A stretch of DNA of 64,000 bases, taken from assembly GCA_964016885.1 (NCBI GenBank), contig OZ024747.1, positions 9,858,001 through 9,922,000 on the forward strand, read 5' to 3'. Position 1 is the stretch's first letter. Each line of letters starts with the position of its first letter. The notes under the pieces were generated by a model, which saw only the letters and a list, made by a program, of their open reading frames with translations, did not search any database and had not been told where the DNA came from. Made by a program: the position numbers and the translations under genes. The DNA is from Eledone cirrhosa. Its lineage: Eukaryota. This document shows, in pieces, positions 55,470 through 64,000 of the stretch.

Positions 55470-55693
55470 CTCAGGTCATTTGACCTGCTAGAAATAGTAG
55501 CCAAGGGAGTCTCATCCACGGGTCACTTGACCTGCTAGAAATAGTAGCCAAGGGAGCCTCATCCACGGGTCACTTGACTTGCTAGAAATAGTAGCCAAGG
55601 GAGCCTCATCCATGGGTCACTTGACTTGCTAGAAATAGTAGCCAAGGGAGCCTCATCCACAGGTCACTTGACCTGCTAGAAATCGTAGCCAAA
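55470..55693. repeat. 47-bp tandem repeat, ~4.5 copies
   Basis: GGGTCACTTGACCTGCTAGAAATAGTAGCCAAGGGAGCCTCATCCAC. Confidence 0.93.
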
Positions 55694-55936
55694 TTTCATC
55701 CTTCAAATTGTTATTCTAGAGTCTTTAAGAGATGATGATGTTGATGCTGATGATGGTTATATGTGGAAGACCCTTGATCATAGGTCAGCTCAGTCAAGGG
55801 TTAACCAGCGTGGGGTAGACATGAGAGAGGAGAGGGTCCTAAATAACAACAACAACAGCAGCAGCACTGGACAGCAGCAACAACAGCAGCAACAGCAGCA
55901 AGAACAGCAGCACAAGCCGATAGTAGAAAAAGAAAC

Positions 55937-56041
55937 GGTAATTTCCCAAACAGCTGACTACTTAGCTTCCGTTATCTCTCATAACTTCCTGTCTTTCTAG
56001 AACATTCCATGCCGGTAATCAATGACGCATCAGATATTCCA
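55937..56041. promoter_or_regulatory. Candidate cis-regulatory module (dense TF-motif cluster)
   Basis: Within about 100 bp of non-repeat DNA: CAGCTG, CTTCCG, TTATCT, ACTTCCTGT, TTCtaGAAcaTTC, CATTCCA, TGACGCA. Confidence 0.4.
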
Positions 56042-56429
56042 TTTTTTTCGAATCTATTATATAACCCACCCGCCTAAACAACCACACCCCACCCACACTA
56101 ATTCATGCATTATTTTTTTTTTTTCATTTCTTTATTTTTATCCCCTCTCCACCCACATTTCTCAGAAAATGAAATTACAATGAAACTGAAAATGAAAATA
56201 AAAAATGAAAATGAATATATTGATAAATAAATAAATATTATTCCATTTTATAAAATATATCAAAAACAAAAGAAGAGACATAAAAATAAAAAGGGACAAT
56301 TTTATATTTATTTTTTCCACCTAAAAATCAAACAAAATCAAGGTTATAACAGATAAAATAATTAAATGAAATTTATAGCATTTTATAAAACTCTAAAATA
56401 AGATATTACCACAACATCCAGCCCACAAT

Positions 56430-56657
56430 ACACACACACATTTTATAAAACCACATATTACCACAATACACACATTTTATAAAATCCTAAAACCAGATAT
56501 TACCACAATACACACATTTTATAAAACCCTAAATCCAGATATGACCACAATACACACATTTTATAAAACCCTAAAACCAGATATTACCACAATACACACA
56601 TTTTATAAAACCCTAAAACCAGATATTACCACAATACACACATTTTATAAAACCCTA
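56430..56657. repeat. 42-bp tandem repeat, ~5 copies
   Basis: CCAGATATTACCACAATACACACATTTTATAAAACCCTAAAA. Confidence 0.93.
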
Positions 56658-56987
56658 GACAGAACACTAGACACCAAAGAGCCTGAAAAACAACAACAAC
56701 CACAAATCTCCATAAGAAAAAACATTAAGACGAAGAGATACATTAATCAGTTGTTTTTTTCTGAATTACATATCTACGCACATGTATGTATGTATGTATG
56801 TATGTATGTATGTATGTGACATTTTTTAAATGCAAGGTATTGCTGGCCACAGGCAAGTCCCTAGCAGGACTAAAAAGCTACATTCATGATGCTCATACTT
56901 AAGTATCAAACGATGGCATATTATTCGAAAACAAGTTGCAGCCATCATGTGTGTATGTATATAATATAATAACAATATGACCCTCCC

Positions 56988-57058
56988 TATTTTATCTGAT
57001 GAGAACGCAAATATCATCCCATGATGATATTTGTTTTTGAAATGCGCATAATAAAATA
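56988..57058 (+). ncRNA. Type I hammerhead ribozyme, family H4
   Basis: TATTTTAT-CTGATGA-gaacgCAAATATCATC ccat GATGATATTTG ttttt-GAAAT gcgc ATA-ATAAAATA: 8-bp stem I, 11-bp upper stem II, palindromic stem III ATGCGCAT, AUA triplet. Confidence 0.85.
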
Positions 57059-57088
57059 CATGGAACTCTTTTAACCATCTTTTGATCT

Positions 57089-57134
<46 letters not shown>

Positions 57135-57170
57135 ATTTATGTATGTATATGTGTTTGAATGCACGAATAC

Positions 57171-57220
<50 letters not shown>

Positions 57221-57224
<4 letters not shown>

Positions 57225-57412
57225 AAAAATGATTAAAAAAATGGTTTGAAAAGCCCACCTGGTATATACATAAAAGATCTTTTTGTGACATGTACAAAAA
57301 TTGTTAAAAATTGATGTCGTCAGTTTTTCATGTCAATTTCTGTACCTTTTATAAAAATCCTTTATATATATATCAGGTGGGCTTTTCAAACCCTTTTTTT
57401 ATCATTTTCTTT
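57221..57412. repeat. Imperfect inverted repeat (foldback/MITE-like)
   Basis: AAAGAAAAATGAT...GGTTTGAAAAGCCCACCTG pairs with CAGGTGGGCTTTTCAAACC...ATCATTTTCTTT; arms about 80 bp. Confidence 0.8.
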
Positions 57413-57579
57413 AAATAATGTGATCTGTATAGGGCGTTGTCTAACGTTTTAACTATATATATAGAAGTGAAAACTATATATATATATATATAGAAGTGAA
57501 ACTCAACCCAAACCAAACAGTGAGTGTGTTCTGTTATTATTTCTGGCAATATTATAACAATATGACCCTCCCCAAGTAT

Positions 57580-57610
<31 letters not shown>

Positions 57611-57612
<2 letters not shown>

Positions 57613-57778
57613 CGAAGGAAGTGTGGTAAGGAACCAGGTGGACCATCATGCACCAGAGTACTACATACTTAGGGTAGTAGAGTGGGTAATATGAAAATGT
57701 TCAAGACCCCGACGGCAGAGCTCAAGCCATTTCGATGACTATTTCTGGACTAAAAAAAAGTCGAGTCTTGAACATTTC
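57611..57778 (-). mobile_element. Family H3 element
   Basis: On the minus strand: a short inverted arm, then GTCCAGAAATAGTCATCGAAATGGCTTGAGCTCTGCCGTCGGGGTC, then the tail. Confidence 0.8.
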
Positions 57779-58113
57779 CCTATACATACATACATACATA
57801 CATACATACATACATACATACATACATACATAGATACATACATATGTGTATGTGTGTAGGTATATAATTCAGAAAAAAAACAAGATTAATCCAGTGTGAT
57901 TTAAGGTGAAAAACACACACACAAACATATAAGAAAAACCCATGAAAATGTGATTTATACAATATTGGCCTTGGTTAGCTAACTTCTAAGTCCATCTCCC
58001 ACATTTTAGGGTGTAAATATGTAGGATTATATCTTCATATATATTACAGTAATGGTACTGATATACAGGCTGGTTTCATTGTTGTCAAAGGAAATATAGT
58101 TATACATATGTTC

Positions 58114-58156
<43 letters not shown>

Positions 58157-58259
58157 AATATATATGAATATATATTCCTATACATATGTCTATATATTAA
58201 GCATGGAAAAGCAGTCTTAAAAATGATGATGATGATATATATATATATATATGATGATG

Positions 58260-58291
<32 letters not shown>

Positions 58292-58295
<4 letters not shown>

Positions 58296-58482
58296 AACGA
58301 GTAGGACCCCGACGGCTGAGCTCAAGCCGTTTCGACGGCTAATTCTGGACTGAATTAGCCATCGAAACAGCTTGAGCTCAGCCGTCGGGGTCCTACTCGT
58401 TCCTATTACCCACTCTACTACCCTAAGTATTGAGTACTTTGGTGCGTTATGGTCCACCTGGTTCCTTACCACATTTCCTTCG

Positions 58483-58485
<3 letters not shown>
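58292..58485 (+). mobile_element. Family H3 element with a ~54-bp near-perfect hairpin
   Basis: TAGGAACGAGTAGGACCCCGACGGCTGAGCTCAAGCCGTTTCGACGGCTAATTC-tggact-GAATTAGCCATCGAAACAGCTTGAGCTCAGCCGTCGGGGTCCTACTCGTTCCTA, then the tail; flanked by (TA)n. Confidence 0.85.
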
Positions 58486-58527
<42 letters not shown>

Positions 58528-58689
58528 GAGAAATAGAGAGAGGGAGAAACATGTATGTGTGTATATATGTATATATATATGTGTGTGTGTATGTATGTAT
58601 GTGTGTGCATGTCTATGTATGTATGTGGTTATGACCATACATATATATGTGTTTAAATTTATATCTTTACATTTATATATACATGGGTG

Positions 58690-58830
58690 TATATATACAT
58701 GGGTGTATATATACGGGTGTATACATATATACGGGTGTATACATATATACGGGTGTATACATATATACAGGTGTATACATATATACGGGTGTATACATAT
58801 ATACAGGTGTATACATATATACGGGTGTAT
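58690..58830. repeat. 18-bp minisatellite
   Basis: Unit GGGTGTATACATATATAC. Confidence 0.93.
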
Positions 58831-59106
58831 GCAAATGTTGTAGACACATGTCATATGTCCATATGTGCATTGCAGCATCACCAAGTTTATCAGCATTTCT
58901 TTTAGGTTACTAATGCCATGATGATGATGGTGATGGTGGTGGTGAAGGTGGTGGTGATGATGCTGATGATGACGATGATGGTGATGATGATGATGGTGGT
59001 GGTGATACTACTAGCATCGGCATCATCCCTCTCATTGTCACCTCTACATTATCATCAACCAACATCACCATCATCATCACCATAATCATTTTCCAACAAT
59101 TGAATA

Positions 59107-59164
<58 letters not shown>

Positions 59165-59225
59165 ATAATAATGAAATATATATTAATTCAAAATATTAAC
59201 AAAATAGATATTGTGATCAAGTATG

Positions 59226-59288
59226 TTTTATTATACATATTTCAGAGGTACTGAGTTAACTTCAACAGTACGTCCTCATCAGATAAAA
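59226..59288 (-). ncRNA. Type I hammerhead ribozyme, family H4
   Basis: Minus strand TTTTAT-CTGATGA-GGAc GTACTG ttgaagttaact CAGTAC cTCT-GAAAT atgt ATA-ATAAAA. Confidence 0.82.
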
Positions 59289-59557
59289 TAAGATGATGCA
59301 TGACATACCCTGACATAGTAGATGGTTAAGATTCAGTCATGGTAGTGAGTAATATATGACAAAACTCAATATTTATATACCTTAATATTGAAAACATAAG
59401 AAAAACATATAATACATACAATAGAGAGGGTGTTAATATTTTGAATTAATATTAATAACTCTTGAAAACCAATTCTGTTGAGTGCTTCCAATCTATTGTA
59501 AAACTCATTCTTTGATTTATTCATTGAACCTTGTTTAACCTTTAAATATATATATAT

Positions 59558-59905
59558 GGAGGCACATGGCTTAGTGGTTAGAGCATTAGTCTTGCAATCG
59601 AAAGGTTGTGAGTTCAATTCTCAGACCGGGTGATGTGTTGTTTCCTTGAACAAGACACTTTATTTCACATTGCTCCAGTTTACTCAGCTGTAGAAATGAG
59701 ATGATAGGGACTGGGGTCCCTATCATTCCACTGCAAAGTGGTTGTGGAGGTGCCACGGCAAAAAAAGCACCCAGCACTCACTGTAAATGAGGTTGGTGTT
59801 AGGAAGGGCATCCAGCTGTAGAAATCAAGCCAGCATCAGTTCCCGTCCCACCCTTGCAAGCAGGGAAAAAGCGGACGTAAAATGAAATGATGATGATGAT
59901 GATGA
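59558..59905 (+). mobile_element. SINE family A, copy 7
   Basis: Near-identical to the other A copies. Confidence 0.9.
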
Positions 59906-60274
59906 TATATATTATTTATTTATGTTCATACACAGAACAAAAGCACTACCTCTGGTTTCAATGCCCAATATTGACCATATTTCCAGATTGTAAGAAGAAT
60001 CTAAATTGTGAGCTAACCTTGAAACCTTAGGTAGAACATCTGTTCCACGAATAAACATAGATAAATTTCTATTTATTTACCACGAGGGCACAAAAGAAGG
60101 GGACAAATACACAGTGGGGGAGTTTACATAAATCGAGTAAAGAAAAAGGAATAACAATAAACATAGATAAATATTCTAATATGATGATGATGATGATGAT
60201 GATATATCTCACCCTTGCTTGAGCCTGGTTTCCTTTTTCCTTTTAGCACCTACAGAAATGTTCTACATATATAT

Positions 60275-60420
60275 AGGAAAAGGTTCAGGACCCCGACGGC
60301 AGAGCTCAAGCCGTTTCGATGGCTATTTCTGGACCTACTAATTACCCACTCTACTACCCAAAGTATCGAATACTCTGGTGCATTATGGTCCACCTGGTTC
60401 TTTACCAGACATCCTTCGTT
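60275..60420 (+). mobile_element. Family H3 element
   Basis: Inverted half-hammerhead joined directly to the TTACCCACTCTACTACCC tail. Confidence 0.8.
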
Positions 60421-60460
<40 letters not shown>

Positions 60461-60462
<2 letters not shown>

Positions 60463-61068
60463 TGGCTGCCAACTCGTTTTCGAGTACGGCCACTACTTTA
60501 TATCCATGTAGGAGAACCCCTACCGAAGCGCTGAACGAGTGTGACTTTTTAGTCCAGCCAGCGACTTGAAAACTCTGGTACAAACACTACACTTGTGACA
60601 ATTATTGACACATAGTGCTGGGCCCATGGTACCATGTGAGGACAAGTGCAGAGAGATCTCCAGATATAAAGCAATGCCTGTGCCGTGAAGCTTTTATAGT
60701 GAGCAAAGGCACTGCACAAAGCCAGTCCCACTCTCTTAACCAAGATGATATTTACCAAAAAGAAGAACAAGTCAACATCATTGGATACCATCAGGGTTGC
60801 AGGTGTTATATCAGAGTTTTCCTTCTCCTAGAATTCTGCCTTGACAAAGGCTAAGGGGTCATCTCTCCCGGTGATTTTGGATGGCCATTGACTCTTAAGA
60901 GCTCCTTTGCCCTTTGACAGGTTTTGTTTTTAGTCCTGCAGGATGTCCAAAGTCACCCTCCTCACCAAGAAACCTTGGTGGGGTTGCCAGTTTAGTCGCC
61001 AACGACCCGACCATGAGACAGGTTGTACTGGGATACATGTTACCAGTAGCACCAACTGGTGACCTGAC
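60461..61068. mobile_element. Probable retroelement fragment between (TA)n tracts (unclassified)
   Basis: GC-richer complex island bounded by (TA)n. GAGTTTTCCTTCTCCTAG resembles LINE UTR sequence from memory only; no recognisable ORF. Confidence 0.3.
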
Positions 61069-61415
61069 ATATATATATATACATATATATATATATACAC
61101 ATATATATACATATATATATATATATACACATATATATACATATATATATATACACATATATATACATATATATACACATATATATATATATATACATAT
61201 ATATACACATATATATACATATATATTTATATACACATATATATACATATATATTTATATACACATATATATACATATATATATATATATACACATATAT
61301 ATACATATATATCTATATACACATGTATATATATAGATATATATATACATATATATCTATATACACATATATATATATATATATATAGATATATATATAC
61401 ATATATATCTATATA

Positions 61416-61449
<34 letters not shown>

Positions 61450-62308
61450 TATACATACATATATTAAAAATACACCCTGTTGATCATGTATACATTTATG
61501 TATAAATACATTTACGTAATACCCTGAACCAACTAGAAAGTCTTCATTGTTTTGTCTTTTACTAGATGGCTGCACGTTTATATCTATACATGTTTGTGTG
61601 TGTGTGTGTGCTTGTTAATGTTATTGCTACGTAATCAGAACTACTGACCTCTCAGACAGACTAGGGGCTCATATGATGCTTCTATCCATTTTTACACAAG
61701 AGAGATTGTCATGTCTCTAACATAGCTGAAGAATCCCCCTCAACCCTTTGTTTGGCAACTGTTCTACAGCTTAATAGACCTTCCTATCACCAACTACTTT
61801 ACAGCATATGCTAGGTACATTTATCAAAAGAGATCAACGACACACTAGAGAGGTTGTCATGCCCTTGACACAACTAAAGTGTTCTCTCGACCCTAGACTT
61901 CTTGATATATACACATACCAATCACCACAATCATCATCATCATCATATGTCCATTTTTCTATACTAGCATTGGTTGGATGTGTCCTCCTAGATGGGCTGG
62001 AAGTGACATCTTGCTTTCACACCTTCCAGCTTTGGCATCATTTCTACAGCTGGATGTCTTTCCTGTCACTAACTACTTTACAAAGTGTACTGCATACATT
62101 TTACCCACACCTGGGAAGTTGTCATGTCCTTGATTCAACTGAAAAGTCCTCTCAAATATATATATATATATAAGTAGAAGGGGTATTTAATTTGTTGGAA
62201 GTTCGACAAATATAAATGTTTATAACTGATTTAGAGCACTCAACAAGTTACTGGAGTAAATATTCAATGATATTAAATAAATGGAAACTATATTTATAAA
62301 ACCATATT

Positions 62309-62372
62309 TATTTTATTATATATATTTCAAGGATACCAAGACAACATTGGTACGCTTTCATCAGATAAAATA
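62309..62372 (-). ncRNA. Type I hammerhead ribozyme, family H4
   Basis: Minus strand TATTTTAT-CTGATGA-AAGc GTACCAA tgttgtc TTGGTAT cCTT-GAAAT atat ATA-ATAAAATA. Confidence 0.8.
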
Positions 62373-62456
62373 CAGAGTTTGTTTTATAAATAGAGACATA
62401 CCCATGAAAATCATACCTTATCGGTTGGAAATTCACTATTTATAAAACAAACTTTG

Positions 62457-62520
62457 TATTTTATCTGATGAAAGCATACCAATGTTGTCTTGGTACCCTT
62501 GAAATATATATAATAAAATA
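62457..62520 (+). ncRNA. Type I hammerhead ribozyme, family H4
   Basis: TATTTTAT-CTGATGA-AAGc aTACCAA tgttgtc TTGGTAc cCTT-GAAAT atat ATA-ATAAAATA. Confidence 0.8.
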
Positions 62521-62964
62521 AATATGGTTTTATAAATATAGTTTCCATTTATTTAATATCATTGTGTATATATATATATATATTATTTGTTTTTGTTTTG
62601 CATTGTTTTTGAAAAGGAGGTTATGTTGAAATATACTGGGTGAGAAAGACATTGCTTTGTTTTGTTTTATCATCCTTTGCCCTATATATACATTTCTACC
62701 GCATTGTACCAGCTTTCTGAAATACTTATTAGTCATATAAATATATATATATATAAATATATATAAATATATATATATATATATAATCAATACTTGTAGT
62801 AATAGTAGTGGTAGCAGCAATAGTCGACTTGTATTTGCTACCACAAAAAACTATTTATGCAAGTTGTAGTATATAGAGTGTTTCTTAGGTAATTGTTGGG
62901 GGCAGAGCAGTGGGATTAGTTGGTGCGAGGTGGACCCCACCCCCCCCACCCCACCCCACCCCCC

Positions 62965-63250
62965 ACTAACATCCTTGAAAGGATACCAGCTTCTATTGTA
63001 TCTAACATTCGCAATTACTATTGAATATCTCCCACCCACTACTTAGGGTGATCTTTGTAAAAGAGGGAAGGAACCCCCTTAACATCCTTGATAAGATACC
63101 AGCTTCTATTGTATCTAACATTCACAATTGCTATTGAATATCTCCCACCCACTACCTAGGGTCATCTTTGTAAAAGAGGGAACCCCCTTAACATCCTTGA
63201 TCACATACCAGCTTCTGTTGTATCTAACATTCACAACTAGGGTTATCCTT
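62965..63250. repeat. ~110-bp tandem repeat, ~2.5 copies
   Basis: TAACATCCTTGA...ATACCAGCTTCTATTGTATCTAACATTC at about 62967, 63080 and 63189. Confidence 0.88.
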
Positions 63251-64000
63251 GTGAAATACAGAACTATAACACAACATCAGACTATCAAGGGCATGAAACT
63301 ATCCCAGTGGTCTAGCAATAGGGGACATACTAATATGTAATAAGGATTTGCTTGAGAGATATTCAGATATATGGTTAGAATATCTCAGGAAAGAATCACT
63401 GGACAGATTTTACAGACAAACCAAATGATGATGATGATGATGATGTATGTTATTATTTAGTTCAGGTGAGCCTTAGATGAGGAGAGCTGACTAAAGGCTT
63501 TTCTGTTATAACTATACCATCATTCTTCTCTCTGGCATTACATATCAAGGATTACATTATCAAATGTGTCTTCTCATTTTTCAAGATGGTCATGTATAAT
63601 TTGAAGGTGCCATTTGACTGGTAGTTATAACAGATTAAGTAACTATGAATTGGCTTGTCATATGTATATGTGTATTATATTAATGTGTCTATTCATGTTT
63701 ATGTTTCTAGGTGTTTGAGTGATACACATAGAAACACTTTCTTTGGCTTTGAAAATATACACTCATGCATACATAAATACATACATAAATACATTAAAAT
63801 AGTACTCTCGATTAAATCATGCAAAACCATTTTGCTGGTCTGAGAGCTGATGAGGGTGAAGATGTGTGTGTAAACTTCTCTTGTATATTGCCTTTCTTTA
63901 TTTCCTTCACTTCTATGTGCTAATATGCTTTTCCTTGCCCTACTCCCTTCTCAATCTTTTCTATATTTCATCTGCTTGTCACCCACCTCGTGGATTGACT

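Larger units (their letters stand above)
62265..62564. mobile_element. Foldback element: 129-bp inverted arms, each containing a family H4 hammerhead
   Basis: Arms 62265-62393 and 62436-62564 (about 3 mismatches) with a 42-bp spacer. Confidence 0.85.

Noticed and set aside
63840-63885. CTGATGA at about 63848 (also reverse-strand hits near 44090, 45385 and 57325) as hammerheads
   Set aside because: No properly placed GAAA with paired stems II and III.

Overview
AT-rich, repeat-saturated eukaryotic (animal) non-coding DNA. The SINE, LINE and microsatellite landscape looks like a coleoid cephalopod (Octopus-like); that assignment is inference. I cannot support any intact host protein-coding gene, and almost all ORFs in the track are microsatellite artefacts. 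The window contains: RTE-clade LINE fragments (the longest, 24.7-26.0 kb, includes RT-domain sequence); a 5'-inverted RTE/RTEX-like insertion with a target-site duplication; an R4/Dong-type endonuclease relic; a mariner relic; two abundant tRNA-derived SINE families; piggyBac-, hAT- and Tc1-type MITEs; and many mini- and microsatellites. The most notable signal is a dense set of short elements, mostly embedded in (TA)n tracts, that carry type I minimal hammerhead ribozyme motifs (CUGAUGA...GAAA...NUH with paired stems). There are about 5 families and more than 12 loci, several built as partial inverted (foldback) duplications. This is the architecture known for Penelope-like element termini, but no Penelope ORF was recognised here. 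A compact cluster of TF-binding motifs (HSE, ETS, TEAD, CRE, GATA) at about 56.0 kb is a candidate enhancer.
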